In this document: one piece after another, positions 13,011-27,405 of the stretch
Position numbering within the stretch: position 1 is the stretch's first letter
How the letters are laid out: every line of letters starts with the position of its first letter
Assembly: GCF_000002075.1 (NCBI RefSeq)
Contig: NW_004797570.1
Span: 364,528 to 428,383 of the forward strand
DNA from: Aplysia californica
Taxonomy: Eukaryota
Reading direction: 5' to 3'
DNA length: 63,856 bases
Made by a program: the position numbers and the translations under genes
Notes under the pieces: generated by a model
Told to the model about the DNA's origin: nothing
What the model saw: the letters and a program-made list of their open reading frames with translations, nothing else
Databases searched by the model: none

Positions 13011-15445
13011 ATAAAACCCACAAGTACAATGTCCTAGTTATCTCCTGGCTGAAGTCCATATGTAAACATGTCAATACACATATATGAAAACATAATTTTA
13101 ACGATATGAAATAAACCTTTACATTGTAACTTAAATCTCAGTTGCCCCTCCCGCCCTAGCTGCAGCATACAAATGGTTCTCACCATAAAGAATAAATTAT
13201 CCCAAAGACACACACTGTTTCAATGAACAAAAAGTAAATCTTGTCACTGATACCAAAATGTCCCTGTCTTAGGCAGCTTTTTAGGTCTCATTCAAGAAAA
13301 ACAGTTTATCTAACACAGCAAGTTCCTGTCCCTATGGTATTATAAACCCCGCATAATTTAGCAAAATTTGATCATTTTTTGCATAATTTTTGATTATTTT
13401 TCTTTATCATTCTTTGTTAAAATTAACAGAATCGTATAATTTCACATCTTTGGGCTCAGTTTGCATAATTTCATAATTTTTCTTGCATAAAACGACGGGG
13501 ACAGGCAAGTTCTGAGAAGGGTCAAGCCTCTCTGGGGAAGAACGCTAACACTGACCAATTCTGTTAAACTCTTTCTGGAAAGCTTTCATGATCCGCACAT
13601 CATCCGTATCCATGACAACAGTCAGAGCTGGCATAATCTCTACACTCCTGAGCATGTCCGTTGGTTTTTCAACATTTGTTTTATAAGCATCTGAGGAAAA
13701 CAAAATGTTAGAGAGTTTGAAAAATCAGAACAGCTATCAAATGTATGTGTGAAAGTAATCTTGCTACAAGACCAGATGACTACTCTCACTGACTCGGATA
13801 CTTGAAAAAGACTTGACAACAGTACATGTATCCTGATGACACAGGTCAGCATTTGATCTAACATTTGACAAAGAATAATTTAAAAATTTTTTTTTTTATT
13901 GTTCTAATCATTCATATTCTTCAACCCATCAAAAGATAAAGAATTAAACATTTACATTTCAATGCACAAGTTTCATGTACTCAATATTTCCATTTGCATT
14001 CAGAATTTTAAAACTTGCTGTTCAGAAAACAATATGTGTGAAAACAATTACAAAAGCTGTCTGGCAAACTCTTCTTCGTCAGTGCTCATAATTGTATCTT
14101 AATGTTGAGAAAATTTGATATAGCTTGATAAAACGTACACAAAACTATAAAGCAAGTATACAGTCATCAACATAATGTGACAGGAAAAACATGACAAGAC
14201 AAGGCCCACTCAGTCAGAAAGACATCAAGACAACATGACATCACATTTTGTACAATAAAATGACATGACTAAACAAACAAAACAAGATGAGGCCAGGTGG
14301 GAAGACAACATGATTAAGTGACATGATTTTTTAAAAGGCAAATACAGTTTTAAGGAAAGACAACATGACAACATGTCATGAAAAGAAAAAAAGATGTCAT
14401 ATGACATGACAAAACAAAACCTGTCAAGAACTGACAGGTTAACATAACAGGTCAAGATGATGTGAATCATGACAAGATGATGTGAATCATGATTAGATAC
14501 GATCGCACAACAGAACAGAACACGGCAAGATTTGTTTGTTCTGTGAGCATTGAAAAGAACCACAAAAACATGATAACAGTTAAAGTTGTATAACACTGGG
14601 AAGAAGACAAAAAGGTAGAAAGCAACTGAGGGACAGATTTTAAAAAGTAGGGGCTTAATACTGATGTCTTCTGACCACCCATAAAATGAGAGGATCAATA
14701 AAACAACACGAAAAGATTAAGTGTATGTTTACCTGCGGTCAAGTACTCCAATCTGACCCGCTCATGCACAGCGTGCTGATCAAAAAGCACAAGGAGGGAT
14801 GACTTCAACGTCGACGCCGTTCCTGAGAACACAACAGCCTTGTGTTATGTCATGTCATGTCAGCTCATGAACAAAAGTCTCACATTACATCATCCCCCCC
14901 CCCTCCCCCACCTCATCACCACCTGCATAACAACCTTATATTAATTCACATAATGTCAGTCTCTGCACAAGAGTCTCATGTCACATCACTTTGCTCCCTC
15001 CTTGTACAACAGATCAGTTTCCACCTCAACTACACTAAGAGACCCCTTCTATCAACACACAAACAAAAGTTATATATAAAAGCAACATAGAAACATTTTT
15101 CCTGTATGTAACATCAGACGGAGGAGAAGTAGGATAGTGATAAAATAATAGTACGCATTATTACACATACCAAGTGGGAATGGGTACCTAGCTATAGACA
15201 GTGAACGATCTTGTCAGTTTGTTAGTGTTGAGCCCTTAATCAGGTGCTAGCACTGTATGTTTCCCCGGAAGCTGAGAATGTGTTCTATGGTCTGCTGGGG
15301 TAATAATATTGTGTAAAGCGCATAGAGCTTGCTGTAGAGCGGGGTTATGAGCTATACAAATGCTATTTATTATTATTATATCTACACACGTACACACTGT
15401 TACATACACACACAAACATGCATGCTCGTGCGTCACATGCATGCT

Positions 15446-15477
<32 letters not shown>

Positions 15478-16696
15478 AACACACACACAAAAATACCCAC
15501 ACAAGGAAGCAAACAGTGAAATAAATTTTGAGTAAAAGAAAACATGAATCATAACTGGCCTGTTCAATAAATCCCATTTTCAGTTTGGGCCTGTTTTATT
15601 TGGAAAAATCCAGGCCCTGAGAGCACCTGATCAACTCACCTGTGATGGCCAGGGGCTTCTCCACCAGGCATGCAATGAACTTGTTGTCCAGCTGACCAAT
15701 CACCTGTGGGTGACAGATGTTAATGAGTTACTTGTTTGTTTTGTTTATTTGAAATTTGAGTGAAGAGAAAAGACAGTAAAGTGATTTCCTTGCCAACAAA
15801 GACACAGCTCTTGAACCTCAGATGATCAGCAACTGCAACATAATGATGATTTTATTTCTCTCTATCCCACACTGTCTTGAACTCACAAGTACAATGCCCT
15901 GGCCTTCTTACAACTCAAGTGCATACGCATACCAGCATACTCATGAAATAATACTGTAACAAAATAAACAAGACCATTATATCAATACATTGAATTTAGT
16001 CCCTCTGTCCTCTTCAGAATGCAGAAAAAGAGCAAGAAAGGATCAAAGGGCAAGCTCCATCATGAACTCAACAATAGGTTTTGAATAAAGTGGAGTCCAT
16101 TTAAACTGAAATATGCGGGACCACCAGATTTTCTTCGATTTTGGTGAGTTTTCACTTTGGAGAAGCTGCTAAATCAGAAGAAAAAAAGAGAGATTTTTAA
16201 AATTTTTTGGTTTACTGCTCTTTTCGAATTATCAGTGTTCAGTTTAAGCAGACTCCATTGTACATTGTTTTCACAATCAACACTGGAACTGTTGCCTCCA
16301 GTAAAACAAAAACTATTCCAACCAAATAGGTTAAAAAAAACAAAGCCACCAAACCACTAGACTGGAAACTGAAGTATGACTGCAAGTGGGGTCCACAACA
16401 GCCTCTTGACAAACGCTTTTACACAATCCACAACAACAGTAAAGCAGGACTTACCGTCACTTTATTCAGCATGGCCTTGGAGAACTCAACCAGACTGAGG
16501 CTGTCAAAACATGAGCGGGCAGCTGCGTCCCCACGACGGGTGTCGGCCACCAGCGAGGGCTGGAGAGTGGAGAAAAACAAAAAAAATGTGACATAACTAG
16601 CAAAAACGCACACAACCTGTTTTATTTTCATTTGAGGAAAGAGAAGCACATAGACACAGCAAAGGCCAAGGGAAAGAGTAAGACAGACAGGCAGAC

Positions 16697-16741
<45 letters not shown>

Positions 16742-17082
16742 GATAATAATTGTATTTATGCTGTGCATATCCAGGCTCTACAGCATGCTCTATACGCTTT
16801 ACAATTTTAAAAAATTCATCAGAGGGAAAGAAACGTTGTGCCTTCGGTAATATTACATATAATCTAATTTTAAAAGTAAAAAAAATATTCCATTTATTTG
16901 AGATTAAATGTGGATTATATTTTCTATATTTTTTATGGGCTCATTTTGGGCCAGTCTTGCCACAGAAATCAGGGACTTAAGTTTTGTTATTTGGGGAAGG
17001 GAATGACAGATAGAAATTTAAGTAGAGGTGAATGAGACAGGAACTTGTTGCTATAAGCAAAACTTGAGGGAGGGAGGGAGGG

Positions 17083-17122
<40 letters not shown>

Positions 17123-17725
17123 CGAAGGGGGGGGGGGAAGGAGGGAGAGAGAGAGAGTAGGGGGGGGGACTGAAATTTAAAAAATTACGGTTTTACTGCA
17201 ATGTATGGTAGTATTACCTTCACTTGTTCGTCTAAATACACCATATCATACAGATTTTGAGAACAGTAGGTGGCAATGGAAGATGGTTGTTAGGTTATTA
17301 GGTTACTGATACTTTGCGATGACAGAATGTGCTTGGATGTGCATGAGTATGTATGTGCACGCCTGAGGTAAGATCAGGGCCCAACTAACCAACTCTGTAA
17401 CATTCATTTCAGATCATCAGGGTTTGCCCGATAGTCTGACGGTAATTAGTTCGGTCATGCCAATTATCCTTACCTCTTTAAACATTGTAAAAACAGGATT
17501 CTTCCAGCCTGCCAAAAGAGAGGACACATCAGCACTGGCCTCTGAATCTGGGGACATGGCAAGGGGAAGAGACTGTAGGCAAGAGGCATGGCAGTTTTTG
17601 AACTGGAGCAACATAATAGTAAAAAAAAAGGCAAATTCACAGCTATAAAGTCATCAAAAACAACATATCAACATAAACAGTGGAGTCCTCTTAAATGATT
17701 ACCCCCCCCCCCTCTCTCCAACACA

Positions 17726-17765
<40 letters not shown>

Positions 17766-20700
17766 AAACACTCTAACAACACAGCCACTAAACACCCCGA
17801 TGGACAACATGCCCACCCTACATACTGACCAAAAAACGAACTTTTACTCTGGCAACATGACATACCCATTCTCCACACTGACCTCAAACCCACCCAACAT
17901 AATAACAATAAATTGCACCTAATACACCCACCATACACCGGGCGTGTCCCTGCCCTCCACTTGGAGGTGGCCTCCGACTCTTCCTGCCTGAGATGTCTAT
18001 CCACCGTGGCCTGGAGGTCTGCCACCTCACACAGACTGAGTGATGCAGGAACCCTCTCAACAGTGTTCTCTGAGGCCTTTTCTGTAAAAACATGTAAGAG
18101 GTTGAGATTACAGAAGACACAATAATATCAAGTCGACGTTGAGATAAGAGCAACACGTACCATACTGAGAAAAAAAATCTTAGCAACAATTTGAGCCCTA
18201 CCCATCTACCAAATCTACAGGGTCTATGCACCTCAGCTCCTGTATATTGATGACCGCTAGATACACACTGTCATACACTGAGGAATGTATTTTGTGCACA
18301 GAAGGGCATAGATAGTCACACTCAGGCATGTCCTCAGGCTCATCAGGTCAACATTATCCCAAAAAATCGAAAATTTAGCAAGATCCTTGGATCCCCCCCA
18401 CCTACCTTCTAATGGAATTGAGAAACCTTAAAACCAAATGGAATTTGGGAACTGTAAACACTAACCGGCTGAACACTGGTGAAAATGATGAGATTTTAGT
18501 TCTCGTTCAATAAAAACAATTAATTTTACAATGTCCCTTCGGTCAACAAATATCCATAGACAGGAGATGACTGCACCTGAAGCTTGTTCCCCCAGCCGTT
18601 CTCTCCGTTCTTGTGAGGGCAGAGCCAACCACTGGTGCTCACTCATGTAGTGCAGGGACTCACAGTTCACATACACTGCGCTACCTCCTAGATAGAGAAG
18701 AGAAGACTTTATTTCTCAAAACTCGCAGAGAGACACATGCTGCTGTAAATGTGTGAATGTGTGCACAGAATCACTGCACTTCTCATGAGGGTACACCCTC
18801 TACAAAGTACATTTATCCTGGAAATCTTATGGAGACAAAAGTGAACACATCCCAGTATATCTTACAGAGAACATTCTGTACAAAATATTAGTGTACTTAT
18901 CGAAATAGGCCTTCACCTTATACAGAACATATTTTAGCACAGAGTACATTGTACATATATCAAACATCTTAAAGCAAAACATTATGTTAAGATTCACCCA
19001 TTTTTATTTAGAAAAAGCTATGTTTATCTTGCTACGAACAAATTTCAAGACAGAAATAAATCACAGACCCAGAAGAATAAAGAGGACTCACAGGGGCTTG
19101 CTCCAACTACTTTATCTGACTGTATTTAGTATAATCTCACCTGTATCCTGCTCGCTGACTCGTCTCCACAAGGCTCCATTGTCTTGGGCAACTTCCATCA
19201 CTGGCTCATCATCACAGCCCATAAGAGAGTCTGTTCTCCCTGTCTCTGAGCTCGCAGATTTACTCCCAGCTCCCATCATTTCCTGAAGGCCTGACGTTGG
19301 TGAACTGCACTTTACAGTCTTGTGCGCTGTTCTGCACCCAGCTGTGACCTCCTCAGGGTGTCTCCCACATACTGAACCAGCAGAAACTATACTGTCAGGG
19401 TCACCAGTATCCTCAGAGTCCCCTGCTATCATACCAGTTTGGCCAAATGAGAGATGACCCTGGCCACTGTGCAAGCCTTGCAGGTGACCACTTTGCGCTA
19501 CTAGGCTACCGTCACCTGATGCGTGATGTCCTCTTTCAGACTCAGAATCATCTACAACATGGTCAGTCTCTTTCACAGAAGGAACAGAGAGTGTTAATAA
19601 GGCACTCTCCCTGTCTCGAGAAAGTACAGGACTGTTGTGCTCTGTGATATCTATCCTGTCTTTGGATGTAGGGGGAATGTTGCTGCAAGGGAGACTGACC
19701 TTCATCAATGTCTGATCCCCGGAGCTGGAAAATTGAGCTGTTAGACTGTGGTTAGAAGTCTGATCAGGAAACTGCTCACTGTCCTCTGTTTGACCCCTGA
19801 TGACCCCCTCCTTCAAAGATGGAGTGGAGGAACAGTCAATATGATCCCTGATCTCCTTCACCATTTCAGCAGATTCAAGTTCTGGCCTGGGGAGAAAGCT
19901 GACGTTTGAGTCCTGAGAGAGCCCCTTTGTCTCACATTCAACATTAGGGCAAAGTAGCCCTGGGCCCTGGTTTTCTTTCTGGTTCAAGCTCAGTTGCCCA
20001 TAAGGCACATCTTCATGTCCATTACCATCCGTGGTATGCAGCCTGTGATGGATTTGGTCCTTCACACCAAAATCATTGCTGAAAGACTTTGTACGGCTAA
20101 GGGCAGCGGGGAGGCAATTCCCAAGAGTGGAAACAGAACTCAAAAAAGGAAATGAGTCGTCCCCTTTTTCCTCATCACAGCCTTCTGTAAACGCTGACAT
20201 TTCAGTTTGAGCACACTGAAGAGATACCTCCAGCCTCTGTCTTCCACATGGGTAACCCTGATCTAGATCTGTACACGAGGGTAGCTCCCAATTTTTATCA
20301 GGCACAACGTCTGGCTTTGCCATCATCTTTTCTATGTTTGAAAAAACTTCCCTGGTCTGAGAGAGTATACTCTGAAGATCTACCTCTTTACCTGCTGCTT
20401 TCCCACACCCATGTGACTCTCCTCCATGGCTATACGTCTGCTGGGAGGCAAAAACTTGCACTGTATTATGCCATGGAGGAAATTCTTCAGTGTCAGGAAC
20501 AGTGTCTTGGTTGAGAGAATCATAGGCTAGAACTGTCTGCCGTGACTCAGACGGGGACTCCTTCGACCCCAGTGCCTCAAACTTATCATTCGATTGACTC
20601 TGCAGGGATATACTCTGCAGGTCAATCATAGCTTTTCTTTCTTTCTGCACTGCCAACAATTTTCCTGAAGCATTCCTCCAAGGATTCATTGGTGAGCGTA

Positions 20701-23700
20701 AAATCAGTGAGTTCCCATCGAAGTATGAGGACTTCGAGAGCAGACCCATAGATGTCTCACCCACCTCACCACAACCGGCCAGCCCCACAGTATCATTTAC
20801 AGTTCTCCCCTCTACAAGCACTTGACCAGTAGTGAGCACTGACCTTTCCCTCTCCTCCCCCGTACTGCCATCGATGAAAGACTGGACCTTGCCACAGGAT
20901 ACTCTACAATTTGAGTCAGGGAGATTCACCGGATGCTGGGGTTGTGGAACTCCAGCTACATTGTCCTTCTCTCGCTCACTATTTTGTTCATCAGCCTGAG
21001 CATCTGCTATATCAGGTATCCCCACTTCACAGTCAAAGGGACTCAAGCTGGAGATGAAGTTCAGTGACGTCTCAGGACACATCTGACCACCATCAGACAC
21101 AAAGCCTGCCTGAATGTCTTGTGAAGACTTGATCGTGTTTCTGCCTTCTGAATCACAGATCTCACTGGAGCCAACTGACGGGCTAGAAGAACATGTTTGT
21201 CCTTCATCCCTCTTCTGAGCTTGACTCAGCAGTGAATCTGCAGCTCCTATGTCTCCTATTGTCTGTTGAGGCACTGAAAATCCTTGAGAAGGAAGTGGAC
21301 TGGGTGGGGAACTCGTAGAGGTCACAGGAGGGCAGGTACTTTCTCCACAACCCAGTTCTTGGGGAGAACTGCTTACACTGATGGGGGTCACAGTGCGACA
21401 TTCCTGGTGAGTGGGAAACCCTTGTGACAAGACAAGAGGAAACTTCCCTTGAGATTGTGGACACTTGAGATTTTTGTTGTTCAGGACATCCTCGTGTGTT
21501 GACTGCCCTGACTGCCCATCCATGCTGCAATTTCCAGGGCTACAGTGAGCAAGTGATACGTCAGCCTTATCATCTTTGTGAGCATCTTGACTTGAGGAGT
21601 TCAAAGGAAGGGTCAGTACCAGGGATAGTGTAGGAGACTTGTCCCTGGTCTCAGCTCTGTTCTCTGAACTCATTTGTGTCTGATATTGACTAAATGGCAA
21701 TCGTTTTCCTGTGACGGACTGACTTGAAGGGTGACTCCCGCTTGACTGACACACTGCCTGCTTGTCAGAGAAATCCATGTCACCCACTGGTCCTTCTCTC
21801 TGTCCATCAGTTACATCACATATAGACATTCTATCAAATCTTTCTGTCCGTTGACGTGACGAGAGTGGTCTATTAGTGTCAACACTAGACCTGCCATAGC
21901 GGAAAGACTGTAAGAGCTTAGTGTGTCTCGACCGCCCACAATCTTGACTTTGACCTTTTTCGTCCACAATGCCAGAATGAACTGTCTCTCCTCGCATCAA
22001 ACGGGCTAGCTTCGAGGCATGACTCACACGTTGGGACAATCGCTTTGACGGAATGGCGGAGCAGTGCACACTAGAAACTTCCTGTCTTTGGTCAAGCTGA
22101 GGCGCTTCGAGTTTGGTTACACTGTCACGGGAGGACATGGAACAGCTCTTATTCTTATCGTTGAGCAGTCCTGAGGCTGGTAAACCAAAGGAGAAAGATT
22201 CAAAAGCTCTTGAACTTTCTTGTTGAGACACGCTGTGCTCTTCTCCATGAGTTGTCCTCGACAGCTTGATCTGAGGTGCAGGATCAATATCATCCAGTCT
22301 TTTGCGTGATGCTCTCTCAGGAGTTTTAAAGCTGTTTCTTAGCATGGCATTTCTTGACTGCTTTAAGGATTGTCTCAGATCTTGTAATGTGTTTGTCACC
22401 ACATCTGACATCTTCTCAGGTGCGGTCCTCACACGACGACAGCTCTGCAGACTCGAGGAATATGACACAGATCTTGACTTTGCTAAAGTGATTGGCTCCT
22501 GTGATTTGATTGCATTATTTTTCTGTAAAGTGAGGCCATGTCCAACGGGGTCTTCACTTGACATTCGTCTTTTGCTCCCTACAAGCAACTGACACTGATC
22601 AAAACCTTTGGAGACAACAGACTGACAAGGGGCTGTTGGTGATTCAGAGTTTGGAAAACTCAAGCTGCGTCTTGTAAACCTTGGAAGTGGAGGGTTCAGC
22701 GTGAGAGGGAAAGCCTTTCCAGCTCTGTCAGGGGTGTTCTCTGAGAGTGAAGGTCTGTCTTTACATGGATTATGTGAAGCGATGTGATAAGCTTCGTCAC
22801 CCAACTGCTGATTCTTAGCATCATTGTTTGGCTCTGGAGGGGACTTAATTGGTTGAGTAGACAGGCAGCTAACCCTTACTGTGTTTTCTCCACAACTTGT
22901 TTCACAGCAAGGCGCTTGAGCATCCTGCGCCTTCCCAGAACTGCCAGTGGTCACAGTGCAAACATCTTCGGAGTGACCCACAGCTACTGCATGACTTTGT
23001 TGTGAACTGCCAGTCATAGACTTTGGGCTTGACCTGCCATTGAACTCCCCCATAAAGTCATTAGCATCCTTTTGATCTCTTTCAACAACTTGCTTTGGTC
23101 TTTTCACAGACTTAGACTGTAAGAATGTCTCGGAACTGTCCATACAGCTATTTCTTCCAAACGATTTCATTAAACCTATTGCCTTTTGGTTCGGATCATC
23201 ACGAAAGTCAATATCGAGAGGTTGAAAAGAAGAGACGGACTCGCTTGGACTACTATCACTCTCAACATCTGCATCCACAATGTCATCATCTTTATATTCC
23301 TTTTCATTGGTGGGAAATGGCCCTGAAAGCAAAGGTTCTGAAACTGAGATAAGATTTTCTGTTCGCAAGAATCCATAAAGCATGTCCTGAAGGAGATGGA
23401 TGAGCTTAGGCCAATCTTTAAACTCTACCAATGTCTTGGCTGGATCAAAAGTAATGTCATAAGCACTGAAAGGACACTCCACATTGAGAACATAAATCCC
23501 AAATCTCTCTGCGGACTTCACTGGGCTCCCTGAGTTACCTTTCCCATCCTCAGTTGCCATCTTTTCCAAAGCATCAATGTTTGATCCTTTTCTTTTCAAA
23601 ATTAATGATCGGGAGAGTATCTTATTGATTTGCCGATGAATACTAGATTTTAGGACCAGTCTTTTATTGACATAAACAAACTGGAGATTTTTGCGACTGT

Positions 23701-24821
23701 AGCTCTCCTTGCTGACAATCCCAGAGAGTTTGAACTCATCTCTCTCAGCGCTGACTTCCATCAAAGGGCGAGCACGAGCGGGTGAGAACAGACAGGAGAA
23801 GGAGGACACAAGCCCACTACACTTGTGTGTCTGCAACAACACATGGCCTATTGCGTCATCCCGCAGGCTGAAGCTGATGCGAGGCCACACCAATGCGATC
23901 CCTGCAACACGATAACGTATCCTCTCCATCTCCAAGTCAGCATGAAGTCTTTTCCTCCTGACAGGCAGATTGTAGAAGAGGTCATGAGCGGTCACAGTGG
24001 TGCCCGGGGAAGGGCGGGCCACAGAAGACTGCAGTACATCGAAGGCTTGGCCTTTCTGAAAACATTTAGAAAAAGTGACACTAGACGATTTAGCTCTCGA
24101 TGTCACCTCCAGAAAAGATGAAGCACTTCGTAAACTGGCCAAAGCTTCTCCACGGTAACCAAAGTAGTTAAGATGCTCAAGGTCTTCCATTGTGTGGCAC
24201 TTACTGGTAGAGTACCTGAGAAGTACACACAAAAGACACTTGTTTAACAAAAGAAACAGTGGTGAAAAGCACAAGACAAATATCTGTGTAACAAAAGAAA
24301 CTCTAGTGTAAAGCACACACACCTGTATGGCAAAACTAACACTGGTGTAGGGACACAGCTAATGAAAGGGTAGCACAACAAATACCTGTCTGTGTAGGGA
24401 AAAAATACTTTGGTAAAGTACACCAAAAAATGCCTGTGACACACATTTAAAACCTGTGTAAAGGACACTAGAAACATCTATCGGACTAAAAGTACAAGAT
24501 AAGCCAGAATATTTCTCCTGTGCAGTTATTACTGTCAGACTGTGCTACAAGTCCAAAGGTTTCAGAACAGTCAACACACAGATCACATCCCTCAAGAACC
24601 ACTAACCTTTCCCCGACCAGTGGGAACTGCTCAGTTGTGATTCCTAAGCCATTGTCCACCACTTGTATCTTGAAGCAAGAGAGATCAATGCGTACAGCTA
24701 CACTGGTGGCGCCAGCGTCCACAGAGTTGAGTACCAGCTCCTCCACTGCCTGTGCTAAACTCGTCAGAGCCACTCCTGTTCGGAGGCAAGCCTTCACCTC
24801 ATTTGGGAGGCGTCGAATCAT
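8119..24821 (-). CDS. MLH3: DNA mismatch repair / meiotic crossover endonuclease MLH3 (MutL-gamma subunit), 14 coding exons, about 2152 aa
   Basis: Exons on the minus strand: 24821-24607, 24215-19141, 18687-18577, 18081-17932, 17547-17474, 16559-16455, 15703-15640, 14822-14733, 13690-13556, 12043-11913, 11002-10979, 10046-9968, 9268-9111, 8166-8119. All are GT-AG and phase-compatible, totalling 6459 nt. GHKL ATPase motifs ELVLNSVDAG, DNGLG, GYRGEAL and GTTV are present. MLH3-type C-terminal motifs WKNPVF, VIGQLDNKFIAC, DQHAVHERVRLE, SQACHGAVKFGD and LPFQCAHGRP are present. Confidence 0.96.
8735..9080 (+). mobile_element. tRNA-derived SINE with CORE-like central domain and L2-like tail, in the last MLH3 intron
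   Basis: A-box-like TGGTAATCTAGTGG and B-box-like GGTTTGAATC, then TGTCCCTGGGAAAGGCACT...CACCCAGGTG and a GTAAAGC...(TAT)n tail. Related 3' halves lie at 15170-15378 (+) and 16697-16806 (-). Confidence 0.65.
10085..10250 (-). mobile_element. Retroposon 3'-end fragment (hairpin-tail family)
   Basis: Diverged reverse-complement match to the copies at 53060-53235 and 63050-63230. Confidence 0.65.
10290..10970. repeat. Degenerate AC-rich minisatellite (UG-rich on the MLH3 transcript)
   Basis: Recurrent units such as ACTGACAGTCACACAG and ACAAACAACAA. Confidence 0.7.
12916..13010. repeat. (GAT)n microsatellite
   Basis: About 30 GAT units. It produces spurious poly-D and poly-H ORFs. Confidence 0.95.
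13325..13505. mobile_element. 181-bp TIR element with 6-bp TSD
   Basis: TIR CCTGTCCC/GGGACAGG, TSD CAAGTT at 13319-13324 and 13506-13511, internal GCATAATTT repeats. Confidence 0.7.
15170..15378 (+). mobile_element. 5'-truncated SINE (same family as 8735-9080)
   Basis: Shares GTGGGAA...GATCTT.TCAG...GCACTGTAT...GGTCTGCTGGG...GTAAAGC and the (TAT)n tail. Confidence 0.65.
16697..16806 (-). mobile_element. SINE 3' tail with (AAT)n microsatellite
   Basis: The reverse complement reads GTAAAGCGTATAGAGCATGCTGTAGAGC...(TAT)n, matching about 15313-15378. Confidence 0.6.
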
Positions 24822-25334
24822 TGTGACTTTATAATGGCACCATGTTCAACAGAACAACGGCAATGTTGATGAAACTGGCAACCTCTGAAGCTGCAAAGAA
24901 TATATAATGAAATTAAGCTTAGACATTTCCATGTGTAATTACATCACTGTGCATGCAAGTAATCAACTTATTTCAAACTTGAATTATTTACCAATAATAA
25001 AATTTACCTTCTTGTTTTGTATTATGTTTCCTTGAAAGTGTGTGTGTGTGTGTGTGGGGGAGGGGGATTAAAAAAACCCAAAAGACAACAGTACAGTACA
25101 GTGCAGTGAGGTGCAGTGCAGTGCAGTACAGTACGGTACCATAATTCAGCAAGACTTGATGATATGAGTAAGTAATCTTAATCATCTTTGTGATGATCTG
25201 GTTTTGTCCCCAAAGATATTTAACAATGACAAAACTAGTTCACTATCCTGCTCCTAATCCTATCCCTACCCAAAGCTTAAAAACCTAATCCAAAGGCTCA
25301 TGAATAAAGGTAGGTTAGATAAGACTTAGATTAA

Positions 25335-26056
25335 CCCTTAAAACCCTGAATTCTTTTTTTTCATACCTCCCTAGAATCCTGAATTAAAAGTGAGATACTA
25401 GAAACAATTAGGTTGGTTTGATAATTTGTTTACTGTGTCTTTAATTGTTGTTAGATTTTCCTGAAGTTTGAAAATGTTATTTATATATAATATGAATGCA
25501 CAGTCTGAATAAAAGGGTAAAAGGTTAAAACACTGGTTTTTAGGACCAACTCTATGAGTTAAGTCTTGAGTGTGATCCCCGACTCTACTTCAGTCAAAGT
25601 ATCATTAGACCCAGCCGTAGATCTAGCCTCTGGTAGCTTTAGTGGTGATCCCCTGCCAATTCCACTATCGTCAAAATCATCATCGATGTTATGCGAACAT
25701 TGCAATCGTCTTCAACGGTCATATTTATGGATATATCAGACTGGGAGATCATTATTGGGGTCTGGTTAGGATAAAAAATGTCAAAAATTTTGCGGCCTGG
25801 AGGACCTGGCAGCGAAAAATGACTATTTTTTCTTAAATACTCGCAAAATTTCCAAACTTTCTGTGTAGAACTGCTCTCGTGACAATATCGGTACTTTCTG
25901 CTCGCGACAGAGTCATCTGGAGTTACATCCACTGGGAATTAAACGATAAAGTCGACCAGCGGCACAGAAGAAAGTGTAGAATTCTGTGACCAGCGGTTAC
26001 CAGCGGTATAGGAAAATAGGGTGTCAGCGGTTACCAGCGGTATAGGGTTTTAAGGG
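25335..26056. mobile_element. piggyBac-like MITE
   Basis: Perfect 13-bp TIR CCCTTAAAACCCT/AGGGTTTTAAGGG flanked by TTAA at 25331-25334 and 26057-26060. Confidence 0.8.
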
Positions 26057-26926
26057 TTAATTCCTCATAGAGAGTTTACAGCGAGCCATTTCGCAAGCGC
26101 AAGCATCCCTTAGTTTTAAAAAGTCATCAAAAAAATCCGCAAAACTCCAGCAAATCAGCTAGTTTAGTAAAATGGTATTTTATTATGTGTAAAGACCATT
26201 AATTTCTCCCCAGTTTCGTGTAAATTATTTTTATACAAAATATGTTAAAAATGGGAGCTAATTTTATTTTTTATAACAAAGTTTATGATGTTGAAAATTA
26301 GGTTGCGTTACAAAGGGTGGAATAGCCTTTCGTATGCTAAGAGTTAACCCTACCCCTACCCTGTAGCCCTTTAAAACTCTATTATACACGAATTCCACAA
26401 ATAAATGTAAAACAAACGCACATAAACATCAGAAAGATCTCCTTATAGAATCCCCTTCGTTGCCTTGTGACGTACCTGTTGTTAGCTACAATACACAAAC
26501 ATCAACAAGTTGGTAAAATTTGCCGTTCCTGGTTGCCTGTATATAACGTTAAACATTACGGCACGCTAATTATCAATATCATCAGTCCCTTATTCTTCTT
26601 TCTGTACGTAGTTTCTGTACGTGGATTTGTATATTCAGGAAGAAAAAGATGCATATAGGGCAGGGAACCAAACTTGCTAGTCTAGTAAAATTACTTTTCT
26701 GCTAGGCCTGCAAGAAATCAATAAACACAGATCTATTTAATACTAAAAATAGGCTAGTAGATATAGATGTATAGATATCTAGTTCAAGACCGCTAGTTAG
26801 TCCATTGTCATACACTCAGTTGACATGAACTGCGCAGTTGTTGGTTGTGGGTAACGAGCTCAGCTGAAAATCAGTGCTGCCAGTAGGGACGCATCATGTA
26901 CACCCTGGCAACAAAAGGGTTAATTA

Positions 26927-27405
26927 GGCCACCTCTATTCTCACCCGGAGTGAGAATAGTGCAGGCGAGTCTTGTGGCTATTCTCACCCGGTGCGCGTTC
27001 ACCCTAAACCACAGAATTCTACACTGTGATAACAGAAAAATTGTAGAATTCTGTGCCGTGAACAAACGTTCCATTACAATTGTAGCCTACTAAAAGCGTA
27101 CAATTTTGTCTGTGGGCAGTGGAGAGAGAGAGAGAAAGAGAGAGAGGAGTAGCGCGAGAATTTCCGGGCAAAACAAAATGGCGACCCGCGTAGTTCGGCT
27201 CGATTCGAAAAGTTAAATAGCCGTAGCATCTTTGTAGACAACCAAATTTATTTACTTTTGTGTTTTAACATCATTTTTTAACTTTGTTTTGGTCAATTTG
27301 ATCGTCCACACCGATAGACAGTATTCAGAAAGAGACGGAGAGAGAGAGAAGAGGGGAGGAGTTGATCTTGCGAGAACTTCCGGGCGGGTGAGAATAGCCA
27401 CTTTC
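26927..27405. mobile_element. Mutator-like (MULE) non-autonomous element with sub-terminal inverted repeats
   Basis: 9-bp TSD GGTTAATTA at 26918-26926 and 27406-27414. The ends read GGCCACCTCTATTCTCACCCG and (reverse complement) GAAAGTGGCTATTCTCACCCG. About 215 bp of it recur inverted at 45808-46023. Confidence 0.75.

Noticed and set aside
12735-13074. Poly-Asp and poly-His ORFs
   Set aside because: They are translations of a (GAT)n microsatellite in an MLH3 intron.
19112-24322. The 1736-aa ORF as a stand-alone gene
   Set aside because: It is the large internal MLH3 exon (24215-19141) plus intronic read-through at both ends.
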